The translations under genes were made by a program, and so were the position numbers. A stretch of DNA of 64,000 bases from positions 2,096 to 66,095 of the forward strand of contig DASCSS010000010.1 of NCBI GenBank assembly GCA_034399535.1, given 5' to 3'. Numbering within the stretch: the stretch's first letter is position 1; the number at the start of each line of letters is the position of its first letter. The notes beneath the pieces are model-generated. The model searched no databases and was not told the DNA's origin. It saw only the letters and a program-made list of their open reading frames with translations. Below are positions 20,901 through 29,300 of the stretch, in pieces. The stretch is from Candidatus Thalassarchaeaceae archaeon. GTDB lineage: Archaea; Thermoplasmatota; Poseidoniia; Poseidoniales; Thalassarchaeaceae.

Positions 20901-21137
20901 ATATCCCTCCATTGCCTTCCAACGACAAACCATATCCTTGAACAGACGGGAAATGACGTGATGAATTCCGGGGCGACCGTTAGCAGTAGGAGGGCCTTCT
21001 AGAAATGTGAAGGGCGAGTTGTATTTTCTTCTGGACTCGATTGAATTGGAGAAGGTACCCTCTTCTTCCCATTTCCCCATAAGGGAGTTCTCTAGTGCCA
21101 CTGGGTCGAGTTCCCCTGGCGGACTTGGCACGCCCAT
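17952..21137 (-). CDS. ileS: Isoleucyl-tRNA synthetase.
   Basis: HIGH-region variant (GPPTANGRPGIHHV), KMSKS (KMSKSRGN), and a C-terminal zinc-binding/anticodon-binding region. Likely true start is the internal ATG at about 21080 (MGKWEEEGTF…). Confidence 0.9.
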   Translation of the reverse strand: MGVPSPPGELDPVALENSLMGKWEEEGTFSNSIESRRKYNSPFTFLEGPPTANGRPGIHHVISRLFKDMVCRWKAMEGYVVERKGGWDTHGLPVEIEVQKRLDLMSNEAIEEYGMEAFNQKCKESVWTYEEAWREMTERMAFWVDMDDPYVTLHDEYIESAWWSLKQMFDKGLLFKGHKVLPYCPQTGTSYSTHEVSLGYKEVAEPAVFVKFRLEDDDASILAWTTTPWTLPGNVGLAVGPDVTYCRVRITESPSNSWEGRGGAEIGEELILAKDLIGNVLRNQAEIVDEFLGSKLVGKAYSPLFPGAIERGESVSAWTVVAADFVTTTDGTGVVHTAVMYGEDDYRLGMQVGLPAQHTVGMDGAFVEGVHDLLDGRYVKDCDDDIINLLEGLGLLYREHTYTHDYPHCWRTDHPLLYYAMDSWFVRMTAVRDEILTHNASVEWAPEWTGTKRMGEWLSNIKDWAISRERYWGTPIPVWICSECDTVHCVGSIGEMSSMKTESSPMPPELHRPYVDEVRLNCPSDECSGEMIREPYVMDCWFDSGCASFAQWHYPFENEDKFDGSFPVDYICEAVDQTRGWFYSLLAVATTVFGEPCFRRCLSLGHILDKDGKKMSKSRGNVVNPWDHFNKEGADSIRWYMTTQSAPWSPTNFDPNGVRESYAKMFLTLWNVYRFHSDYASLDGFDPEHEPGFVAVSDRSPLDRWVLSRMTAMADEYSANFDSWDFHKAGRILEDFVVNDVSNWYVRRSRRRLWDEADSNDKRACQHTLHEVLLVVCRLMAPVSPFMPDEIHRGLTGTSAHLADWPVGSSLVPRTLPSRDKLVEQQMALVRSLAEAGRRIRVDSNRRQRLPCRTGWIVGGPNLADFHETLAEELNVESLDTGDDLDAFQRIVLEPNRKSLGSKCRSDLPSVLAQLDLADPEALLLEIEAGIAALGGYEITKDDIEIRRVEKQGFAAQTLSFDEGDVSIVLDMDLDADLLSKGLARDITRRIQAKRKELDLDVESTIELSVWVEGLKLAEEDWNHVQRETRTGTASLNSGKRPSGAESFEVDGTTVFFSIAN

Positions 21138-21186
21138 CGTTCAAGCGACCTAGGAGTTCGTCTTGAACTTGAGGGGGTTCCAGAGA

Positions 21187-21903
21187 ATGGAGGATTGGAA
21201 GTTTGCAAGACTTCAAATGCACTCGGCATTAGCTGGAAACGTGACGGAGACGATTCGCCTCGAGGTGGGGGGAATGACTTGTGACGGATGCGCCAGTCGG
21301 GTAAGAAATGCACTAGAGAGTGTACGAGGCGTATCTTCCGCTTCGGTAAGCCATATCGAAGGTAGTGCATTGATTGAGCATTCGGGTGCTTCCAGAGACC
21401 TCCTATCTGGTGCTATCAGAACGGTGGGCTATTCGGTTGATGGGATGGAAGAAGGATTCAACTGGGGAGACCGAGATGTTTGGAGGAAATCCGCCAACAA
21501 CACAAAGTGGTGTCTAATCGGCTGTTCCATGGGTGAGTTTGGTACCTTGGCGTACTACTCCTACTCGGGAATAACTGCCGGGCTCGAAATGTTCTCTATC
21601 ATTTGGTATTTCTACCTAATTTTACCACTCATCAATGGATTGGCAACAAGCGTGATGCTAGAAACCGCGATTTTAATGCGTGGTCAGATGAACTTCAATA
21701 ATGCTCTTTCAACGGCATTTGGAATGTCATTCATTTCAATGCTGATGATGGAAATAGCTATGGAAATCACTGACCTATTATTCACCCAAGGAGAACTGGG
21801 GATGAATCTAATTGCAATTCCATTCATGCTTGTAGTTGGTTTCCTAACCCCTTGGCCATACAACTATTGGAGGCTGAAGAAGTACGGAGTTGCATGTCAC
21901 TAA
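21187..21903 (+). CDS. Heavy-metal-associated (HMA) domain protein fused to a ~4-TM membrane domain.
   Basis: N-terminal ferredoxin-like HMA domain with GMTCDGC metal-binding motif, followed by hydrophobic helices. The ORF extends to 21163 from a TTG. ATG at 21187 is preferred. Confidence 0.6.
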   Translation: MEDWKFARLQMHSALAGNVTETIRLEVGGMTCDGCASRVRNALESVRGVSSASVSHIEGSALIEHSGASRDLLSGAIRTVGYSVDGMEEGFNWGDRDVWRKSANNTKWCLIGCSMGEFGTLAYYSYSGITAGLEMFSIIWYFYLILPLINGLATSVMLETAILMRGQMNFNNALSTAFGMSFISMLMMEIAMEITDLLFTQGELGMNLIAIPFMLVVGFLTPWPYNYWRLKKYGVACH

Positions 21904-21920
21904 TTGCGGGGGAAAGAACG

Positions 21921-22709
21921 ATGGAAGATTGGCATGAATTGGGAGAAGAGATTGCCGGATGGCTCAGAGATTATGCCGAAAGGAGCCGAATCACTACATT
22001 GGTCGTAGGAGTTTCTGGAGGGATTGACTCGTCAGTGACATCCACCCTATGTGCCAAGACTGGCTTGGACACCGTAGTCCTGAACATGCCCATTCATCAG
22101 GAAGCCGGACAATTTGATCGAGCAAATCTTCACATTAAGTGGCTAAAATCGAATTGGGCGAATGTTAGCGGCCATCTTGTTGAGCTTACCCAGACATACG
22201 ACAGCCTTTGTGAAAAGGAGCTCCGAGAGCATGCCCTATCCGATTTGGCGAAGGCAAATACCAGAGCCAGATTGAGGATGGCGACTTTGTACGCTATTGC
22301 GGGTTCTAATAACGGCATTGTTGTTGGTACTGGGAATAAGGTGGAAGATTTTGGAATTGGATTCTTCACAAAGTATGGCGACGGAGGAGTAGATATCTCC
22401 CCAATTGCGGATCTGTATAAGTCAGAAGTTTTTGCGCTTGCAGATGCATTGGAGATACTCGAAGAAATCCAAGAAGCAGCCCCCACTGATGGATTGTGGG
22501 ATGATGGGAGGACTGATGAAGAACAAATGGGGGCTACTTACGAAGAACTAGAGTGGGCCATGGAGGAAGTGGGAAATCAATCGAGTGATGGGTGGAATGA
22601 CAGAGAGAGAGAAGTAATGGAGATTTTTCAGAGGTTGAATAGCGATAATTCTCACAAAATGAGCCCGATTCCTGTATTTTTGATGAGTCGCGTCCATGCC
22701 GATGGCTAG
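21921..22709 (+). CDS. nadE: NH3-dependent NAD+ synthetase.
   Basis: PP-loop (VVGVSGGIDSSV). Size and motifs are typical (…GTGNKVEDFGIGFFTKYGDGG…). ATG at 21921 was chosen because it removes the overlap with the upstream gene. Confidence 0.85.
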   Translation: MEDWHELGEEIAGWLRDYAERSRITTLVVGVSGGIDSSVTSTLCAKTGLDTVVLNMPIHQEAGQFDRANLHIKWLKSNWANVSGHLVELTQTYDSLCEKELREHALSDLAKANTRARLRMATLYAIAGSNNGIVVGTGNKVEDFGIGFFTKYGDGGVDISPIADLYKSEVFALADALEILEEIQEAAPTDGLWDDGRTDEEQMGATYEELEWAMEEVGNQSSDGWNDREREVMEIFQRLNSDNSHKMSPIPVFLMSRVHADG

Positions 22710-22890
22710 GAGCCCCCCTGAATAAGGTGGTAATTTGGAAGAGGAAAGAAACCCCCCAGTATACGTCAGAAAGAATCGTGAATCTTACAGTGGGATGGTG
22801 CTAAACTCGATGTTTAGCTACCTCAGAAATGCGATAGTGATAGTGGTGATAATTGGGATTTTGGCCATGTTCGGGCCGTACATCTTCTGA

Positions 22891-23757
22891 CTATCTATCC
22901 CTGCGATCTTGGACCTTCTTCTTGTACGCCTTGTTAGAGTCCTCGGATGTCCAACCACTCAGATGCAATCCCCCTGACTTGTGCACACCGCCGCGGACGT
23001 TCCCCTTCTTGGGTTTGGTGAATAGGTCCCTAGTTGACTTATGCCGACTGAAGGCTTTCGGGAGCCCGTCATCACCTCGTTCGGTCTGAGTAAGCGCATA
23101 GGCCCTCCACTCTGCCTTTGTTCCGGCACCCTTGGTAACTGAGATTCCCGTCTCTTCCCCAAGGAGTAGCCCCAACACGGCACCTGCAAATAATAGAGCC
23201 ATCCCCCCACAGAATATCGTACGTCCCGTCCTCAACCCAGTAAGAAAACTGTCAACAATCTTGGTCAGGAAGGAGTCTCCATTTGATTGGGTCGATTCTT
23301 CCGAAAGGCGGACAAGACTGTCCGCTTCAATACTATAGTTTCCATCGACACAATTGGGACTCGAGGTGTCAGCTGGATTGTGACAAATCTGCCCAACGTA
23401 AATCATTCCTTCAACATCTTCCCTCCCATGGCCGATTTCACACAATTCGTAGTAGCTGTTGTTCTGATTGGTTTGCTCTGTACCATTGGTTGGGAAGACC
23501 TGAACCGAGGGGCAATCATCCCAGAAGCCATCTTCATCATCATCAAGATAGGTCCCATAGACGTACACAGCCCAACCTTGATCATTGTTCAAATTAGAAT
23601 AGGAAAGGTTGCCACTAACCCCATAGAACGAGAATTCTACTTCTGGCTCCTGCTCTTGTTCGAAAAATGGAAATTCGGTTCCAGTAAACATGAATAGGGT
23701 GCTAATGAAAATTAGCAATCCACCCGAAACGTAACTGATGATGAGGGGCACTCTCAT
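22891..23757 (-). CDS. Hypothetical membrane-anchored protein (N-terminal TM, extracellular acidic domain, second TM, basic cytoplasmic tail).
   Basis: Only hydropathy and charge distribution were used. No family recognised. Confidence 0.45.
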   Translation of the reverse strand: MRVPLIISYVSGGLLIFISTLFMFTGTEFPFFEQEQEPEVEFSFYGVSGNLSYSNLNNDQGWAVYVYGTYLDDDEDGFWDDCPSVQVFPTNGTEQTNQNNSYYELCEIGHGREDVEGMIYVGQICHNPADTSSPNCVDGNYSIEADSLVRLSEESTQSNGDSFLTKIVDSFLTGLRTGRTIFCGGMALLFAGAVLGLLLGEETGISVTKGAGTKAEWRAYALTQTERGDDGLPKAFSRHKSTRDLFTKPKKGNVRGGVHKSGGLHLSGWTSEDSNKAYKKKVQDRRDR

Positions 23758-23817
23758 TGGTCAACCAACTCTCGTAATTGTAGTACGCTCAAGCGAGTTT
23801 GGTTGTAAACCTGAGTC

Positions 23818-24222
23818 TCAGTTGAAAGAGATGTATATTGATGCGCCAACTAATCCTAGCAACCAGAGTTTTGCCGTTCTCTTACGTCGCCTAGTGGCTC
23901 TACTGGAAATTATCACCCTGAATAGAGCAAGGAAAGAAGCGGTAGAGAACCCGAATGTAGCGAAGAGTGCTCCGATACCCAAACCCCATTGAAAGCCATC
24001 TTCTGTGCCACTAGTTGGATTGGCCTCGACACCCGAGAAAAGCATCACCAAGGATGCAATGCTGGTTGCTTGACCAATTAGGAGTAAGGGCGATGCGGAG
24101 CCCTCCCTGACGTCTCGCCAATTGTGAATTCGGGGCCTCCAACCCGGGGATTTTTGGTCCTTGTTACTCTGATAAGAGGAGTCGTCTCGGTTTGACCAAC
24201 GTGACCTTGGAGAACTCCCCAT
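23818..24222 (-). CDS. Hypothetical membrane protein.
   Basis: 134 aa with a basic N-terminus and three hydrophobic helices. Confidence 0.4.
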   Translation of the reverse strand: MGSSPRSRWSNRDDSSYQSNKDQKSPGWRPRIHNWRDVREGSASPLLLIGQATSIASLVMLFSGVEANPTSGTEDGFQWGLGIGALFATFGFSTASFLALFRVIISSRATRRRKRTAKLWLLGLVGASIYISFN

Positions 24223-24294
24223 GGACCCCCCTCTGAGGTTTGTGATTTATTGGATTATTGATGGCAGAATCTACTCAAGCCGAGTCGTCCACGA

Positions 24295-24630
24295 GTGGTC
24301 GTGGAATACATTGGGATTCTAGAGTCGGGGTCACTTGGGCTTTGTAGTGTTGCGTTAATTCTATGGATGTCGATAGGGACTTTGTCTAAGACAAGGGAAG
24401 GGGAAATACTGGCTCAGAGGGTCATTGCCACTATGTGTTTTCTTTCGGGGGGGCTGCTCTTCGTCCTGCATTCCTCGGGAGGAGAATTGTGGGGTTCAAG
24501 AAACGTAGCAAGACCATTCGCGGTAGTAGCAATTATTGTCGGGTTAGCATCGGTCATGAACATCAAAGGAGAAGACATCCAAGGTGAGACTAATCCTCAC
24601 AAGATAATGAAGGCAAGAAAGGAAGAGTGA
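24295..24630 (+). CDS. Hypothetical small membrane protein.
   Basis: 111 aa with three TM helices. Confidence 0.4.
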   Translation: MVVEYIGILESGSLGLCSVALILWMSIGTLSKTREGEILAQRVIATMCFLSGGLLFVLHSSGGELWGSRNVARPFAVVAIIVGLASVMNIKGEDIQGETNPHKIMKARKEE

Positions 24631-24632
24631 AA

Positions 24633-24968
24633 CTAAGCAGAATTCAGCTTGTCATCTATGAATGAGCGCATATAGGCTGGTAACTCTCCGTTTACGAAAA
24701 CAACGTCGTGGACTTCTTCTAGCTTCATCAATGAGTAGTAAATCTGCATTGCAGTCATGGGTGTTGCACTGCATCCAGTGCACCCCCCTTCCAATGAAAT
24801 CATGATTACTCCGTCCGTAGTATCAACTACATTCACCACACCGTCATGAGCATCGAGAACGGCCTGAACCGGCCCTACCGAGTCGAGAATTAGTTGCTTA
24901 TCCACCATGCCAGACACAAATGCCTGATTAGCGGGGGTTTTCAAACAATTGCCTACTCGGAAAGTCAT
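24633..24968 (-). CDS. NifU-like (Nfu) Fe-S cluster scaffold domain protein.
   Basis: The motif …DGVIMISLEGGCTGCSATPMT… matches the Nfu C-terminal domain pattern (GACxSCPSSxxT). Confidence 0.55.
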   Translation of the reverse strand: MTFRVGNCLKTPANQAFVSGMVDKQLILDSVGPVQAVLDAHDGVVNVVDTTDGVIMISLEGGCTGCSATPMTAMQIYYSLMKLEEVHDVVFVNGELPAYMRSFIDDKLNSA

Positions 24969-25872
24969 GGGAGCAGATATTAGAATAATTTTGCTTGACC
25001 TATTGGTCGAGCGTTCGGAATTCGGACACGGGGGGAATCAAGAGATTATTGCTCCTATTTCGGAGTATGGGAGCGTTGAGGTCCTGCTAGTCACACCTCA
25101 GATGCAAACTATTGAAGCTGGAGATAGAGCACAGAAGGAAGGGATCGTCAGAATTTCCGAAGGGGATGTTCCCAACTGGGATTACGATTTCCCATTCTGG
25201 GAGGAATGTACCATGGAAATCTCTGGGAACGAAGTTCGGTTCAAGAGGATTGCCGTGCCCGTCCATGGAGATGATAGTCGGACTGCCATTTGGCTGGATG
25301 GCTTGAAGCCGGACGCTGTCGTATGCAGCGGTTCTCGCAAGAATGTCACAATGTGGGAGGAATGGATGGATAGCGGCGCATCTATTCTCAGGTGTTCAGC
25401 AAACATGGGCATCCCCACAATTGGAATCTGCTTTGGGCACCAGTTGCTTTGTAAAGCCCTGGGAGCCACTGTTGAGAGAGCTGATTCCCTATCCAATGGA
25501 GTATGGGATCTAAATCTCACAAACGATGGGGACGAAGATGAGATTTTCGCCTCTAGAAGAAGCGGTGCCGGTGATTCCCCGGTTGTCCTATTCACTCATC
25601 AGGATCATGTGATGTCAGTTCCAGATTGCTGTAACCTCCTCGGGTCTACCGTACACAACGGGGTCACGGCAGTGAGGGTTCTGGACGATGTGGGTTCACC
25701 ACTACCTGCATGGGGTGTGCAGTTCCATCCCGAAGCGGCAAAGGCGAGGGTCGAAAGAGCGTTCGAATGGGGCCACATTACCGAGGATGAGCTGGAGTCC
25801 TTCAGAAGGGAACATGATGGAGCTGGCATCCTTGGTTCTTTTGCTGCTGTAGTAATCAGAAATCAGGCCTAA
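24949..25872 (+). CDS. Class I glutamine amidotransferase family protein (GATase1).
   Basis: Nucleophile elbow IGICFGHQLL and a VQFHPE His/Glu pair. The N-terminal ~100 aa are unassigned and the start is uncertain. Confidence 0.65.
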   Translation: MPTRKVMGADIRIILLDLLVERSEFGHGGNQEIIAPISEYGSVEVLLVTPQMQTIEAGDRAQKEGIVRISEGDVPNWDYDFPFWEECTMEISGNEVRFKRIAVPVHGDDSRTAIWLDGLKPDAVVCSGSRKNVTMWEEWMDSGASILRCSANMGIPTIGICFGHQLLCKALGATVERADSLSNGVWDLNLTNDGDEDEIFASRRSGAGDSPVVLFTHQDHVMSVPDCCNLLGSTVHNGVTAVRVLDDVGSPLPAWGVQFHPEAAKARVERAFEWGHITEDELESFRREHDGAGILGSFAAVVIRNQA

Positions 25873-25921
25873 TGCACCGTGACTGAGTACACGGTGGATT
25901 TGGATTATATACGCGACCTAG

Positions 25922-28006
25922 GTGGGCGGTTCGACGGGTGAGAGCATGATTGAGAACATACCAGAAATAGGCATGGGAATGGCAGTAGTCGGTCTGGCTA
26001 TTGCACTATATCTCTACAGCCAGGTGCAAAAAATTGAGATTGAGAACGAAACGGTGGCCGACATCACTGAGCAGATTCAAGCCGGAGCGTTGGCTTTCCT
26101 GTATGCCGAATACAGATACCTGAGCGTCTTCATAGTAGTAGTCGCAGGTCTTCTCTTCTACGTAAATGACTTTGATTATCATACTCCAGCAGCTTTCCTT
26201 GCTGGGGCATTTTGTAGCGTGGCTGCTGGTTACTCGGGAATGAGGTCTGCAACAAGTGCTAACGGGAGAACCGCCATGGCTGCATCTAACGGGGGGCAGT
26301 CAGCGGCCCTGGAAGTTTCATTCAATGGTGGGGCCGTGATGGGCCTATCGGTCGGAGGGCTAGGGCTTCTGGGAATCTCATTGATGGCCTACTGGCTTGG
26401 AACAGGGGAAGAAGTCCAGAACGTTGCTGGTTTTGGCATGGGAGCCTCCTCGATTGCCCTATTCGCCAGAGTAGGCGGGGGGATTTACACCAAAGCAGCA
26501 GATGTCGGTGCCGACCTAGTTGGAAAGGTCGAGGCAGGCATCCCAGAGGATGACCCGAGAAACCCCGGTGTGATTGCAGACAACGTTGGGGACAACGTTG
26601 GGGACGTAGCTGGAATGGGGGCGGATATCTTCGAGTCTTTCGTTGGCTCGATAATCGCTGCTATGGTGATAGCACAAGCATCCCAAGAAATGAGCGCCGA
26701 CTATGTCACCTTGCCCATAATGCTGGGTCTCGTCGGTTATGCGGCTTCAATTGTTGGTGTTTTCAGCATGAAATTTCTGAAAGGGGGGGATCCCGCGGCC
26801 GCTCTGCGCAACACTACATTCATCGGAGCGGGTTTGTTCTGGGTTGGAGGTTGGTTTGGCATAGATTTCTTCGGACTAGATACTGGTACTGAGCCGATGA
26901 TGGCGGTGATCGCTGGATCATTGGTGGGGATACTAATTGGACTCGTTACTGAGTACTACACCGGAATAGAAGACGTCTTTGGTTTCAAAGTCAAGGCGAT
27001 ACCACATATTGGTGAGATGTCCAAGACCGGCCCTGCAACTAATGCAATTGCTGGACTATCAGTGGGAATGATGTCGACATTCTTCCCGATTCTACTCATT
27101 GCGGCTGGAATATATTCTGCTAACTGGGCTATGATGGAAACTCCCGGAGCAGTCGCTGAACACGGCCTGTATGGCATTGCAATGGCTGCAATGGGGATGC
27201 TAGCCACGGTTGGCGTAACTATGACGGTCGATGCCTATGGCCCGGTTGCAGATAATGCAGGTGGAATAGCTGAGATGGGGGAGCTTGGTTCAGAAGTAAG
27301 GGAAATCACGGACAGTCTTGACTCAATAGGCAATACCACGGCTGCGATTGGCAAGGGGTTCGCAATAGGTAGTGCAGCGCTGACAGCACTTGCTCTATTC
27401 GCCGCTTTCGGCACCGCTGCAGGCCTTCAGCCAGAGGACTTGGCTCTAACTGAACCAGAAGTGGTCATTGGGTTGCTAATCGGCGGCTCCCTGCCATTCG
27501 TCGTCGCCGCCATGACAATGACATCAGTCGGCAAGGCTGCGAATGACATGGTCGTTGAGATACGTCGACAATTCGCAGAAATTGATGGTCTGCTGGAAGG
27601 GCGTGAAGGCGTCAAGCCAGACAGCCAGAGATGCGTGGAAATCTCCACTGAGGCAGCTCTTCGGGAAATGATTCTGCCTGGAGTGGTCGCCATATCGGCG
27701 CCAATTATCGTTGGGATGGCAATAGGTGCTGAGGCACTTGGTGGACTCTTGGCTGGATCACTCGTTTCCGGGGTTCTGATGGCCCTATTCATGGCTAACG
27801 CCGGTGGAGCTTGGGACAACGCCAAGAAGGCAATCGAGCAGGGCCACATAGAGGGAGCGGCAAAGGGAGACTCTGCTCACGATGCCGCTGTAATAGGCGA
27901 TACCATTGGAGATCCATTCAAGGACACTAGTGGGCCGTCTCTGAACATCCTGATCAAGCTGATGTCGATAGTAGCAGTAGTGGGCGCCTCGAGTGGCCTG
28001 TTTTGA
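25922..28006 (+). CDS. hppA: Membrane-bound H+/Na+-translocating pyrophosphatase.
   Basis: Signature [19 protein letters not shown] and [21 protein letters not shown]. 694 aa with about 16 TM helices. Confidence 0.9.
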   Translation: MGGSTGESMIENIPEIGMGMAVVGLAIALYLYSQVQKIEIENETVADITEQIQAGALAFLYAEYRYLSVFIVVVAGLLFYVNDFDYHTPAAFLAGAFCSVAAGYSGMRSATSANGRTAMAASNGGQSAALEVSFNGGAVMGLSVGGLGLLGISLMAYWLGTGEEVQNVAGFGMGASSIALFARVGGGIYTKAADVGADLVGKVEAGIPEDDPRNPGVIADNVGDNVGDVAGMGADIFESFVGSIIAAMVIAQASQEMSADYVTLPIMLGLVGYAASIVGVFSMKFLKGGDPAAALRNTTFIGAGLFWVGGWFGIDFFGLDTGTEPMMAVIAGSLVGILIGLVTEYYTGIEDVFGFKVKAIPHIGEMSKTGPATNAIAGLSVGMMSTFFPILLIAAGIYSANWAMMETPGAVAEHGLYGIAMAAMGMLATVGVTMTVDAYGPVADNAGGIAEMGELGSEVREITDSLDSIGNTTAAIGKGFAIGSAALTALALFAAFGTAAGLQPEDLALTEPEVVIGLLIGGSLPFVVAAMTMTSVGKAANDMVVEIRRQFAEIDGLLEGREGVKPDSQRCVEISTEAALREMILPGVVAISAPIIVGMAIGAEALGGLLAGSLVSGVLMALFMANAGGAWDNAKKAIEQGHIEGAAKGDSAHDAAVIGDTIGDPFKDTSGPSLNILIKLMSIVAVVGASSGLF

Positions 28007-29019
28007 AGCGCGCGAGCAATCGTCAGACTCTTCATTGCCCCATGCTTGCGGTTGTCATGGGCGAGTACCGTGCATTGGCATTGGGTTTGCTCCTACTCAC
28101 TACGTCACTGTCCGGGTGCTCTGGACTATCGGACACCGAGGGGCCTAGTGGTTCTTCGCAATCGATGGAAGTCCCCGTCTGGGAAATAGGGGACTGGTGG
28201 CTATACACATTCTCCACCCCGGATTTCACCGATGACACCGCGAAGCTGGTCGTCGCCAGCACCAGCGAAGAGGGGGGTTCGGCGTATATGCTGGCCATTT
28301 CCAGTCTGACCGAAGCTAGAAGGCATGCCGTCCTAAACCATAACCCGTTCCTTGGAAGGATTACTCACTCTGATCTGAGTGCGTTTGAGAATGGCGTACC
28401 GGAAACGGTCATGAGCTTTCCACTTGAGGAGGGGGGCTCATGGGACTTCACGCTTTTCACGATGGAATGGACAGCATCCGTAACTGATACCTCGGGGGGT
28501 ACGGCAATCATTTCAGGGATCTCCGCTGATGGCTCTCGCTTGGACTACGTCTATGATGAAGGGGTCGGGTTCTTCTCAACGTTCATTTGGAAGGACTCCG
28601 CAGGCGTTGAGCAATTGAGGATGATGCTGTCAGATTGGGGAGAAGGGCATACCGGAGACGTCTACTTTGCCAGAGGGGGGGATCTGTTCAGTGACACCTG
28701 GGAAGACACGGGAACTGACTTCGAGTTCCGTGATACCTTCCTAGTTAGCAATCACCCAAGCGACGGGGAGTGGGATGAGATGATCTACTTCATCGATGCT
28801 GAGTGTGGCTCTGGCTCCACCATCTCCCTAACCTTGAGGGATCACCTCTCGGTATCGGCTCTCGAGCGAATATGGGGGCCGGGTTCTAGTGAGATGGGTA
28901 CGCTAGGAACGATTCCCTATCCATCCGGGGAATACACCCTCACGGCCACCTTCACAGGTAGCTCCACCTTCTTGAGAGTGTGGATAGCAGGTGGGATCAC
29001 TCAGTCATGGAGCCTCTAG
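28003..29019 (+). CDS. Exported hypothetical protein (lipobox-like signal, Ser/Thr/Gly-rich beta-rich domain).
   Basis: Signal …[16 protein letters not shown]. No catalytic motif recognised. Overlaps the hppA stop by 4 nt. Confidence 0.5.
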   Translation: MKRASNRQTLHCPMLAVVMGEYRALALGLLLLTTSLSGCSGLSDTEGPSGSSQSMEVPVWEIGDWWLYTFSTPDFTDDTAKLVVASTSEEGGSAYMLAISSLTEARRHAVLNHNPFLGRITHSDLSAFENGVPETVMSFPLEEGGSWDFTLFTMEWTASVTDTSGGTAIISGISADGSRLDYVYDEGVGFFSTFIWKDSAGVEQLRMMLSDWGEGHTGDVYFARGGDLFSDTWEDTGTDFEFRDTFLVSNHPSDGEWDEMIYFIDAECGSGSTISLTLRDHLSVSALERIWGPGSSEMGTLGTIPYPSGEYTLTATFTGSSTFLRVWIAGGITQSWSL

Positions 29020-29300
29020 AGGTATTCCAAAAGGTGATCTGATCCTCCAACGAATATCGGGGCATCGCCACGCATGTCGAACACCACGGGGACGGTCCTG
29101 TGGCCGGTCTCCATGACCACGTCCTTCCTGAGTCCTACGAAGTTGTCCAGATTAACTTCCACATAGGTGAGGCCTTTCGAATCGAGGGTTCTGAAAGCCC
29201 GTGTGCAGTAAGGGCATACCGTCTGGGTGAAGACAAGGAAGTCTTCATCCGCACTCTGGATGATATCATGCAGCTGTGACAGAATCGCCGCCTCCTTCAT
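29016..29300 (-). CDS. Glutaredoxin-like protein.
   Basis: CPYC active site in the context FLVFTQTVCPYCTRAFRTL, plus the TVP…GG glutaredoxin fold motifs. ATG at 29300 (MKEAAIL…) is chosen, although the ORF is open to 29408. It overlaps the 3' end of the upstream S8-MFS gene by about 35 nt. Confidence 0.6.
   Translation of the reverse strand: MKEAAILSQLHDIIQSADEDFLVFTQTVCPYCTRAFRTLDSKGLTYVEVNLDNFVGLRKDVVMETGHRTVPVVFDMRGDAPIFVGGSDHLLEYL

Noticed and set aside
22710-22890. 180-bp convergent intergenic region after nadE, checked for a tRNA or small RNA.
   Set aside because: No cloverleaf-compatible stems or T-loop (GTTCRANYC) were found. It is probably just the shared terminator region of two convergent genes.
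26560-26610. Tandem GACAACGTTGGGGAC repeat inside hppA.
   Set aside because: It encodes the conserved DNVGDNVGD pyrophosphatase motif. This is a normal feature, not a repeat expansion or CRISPR-like element.
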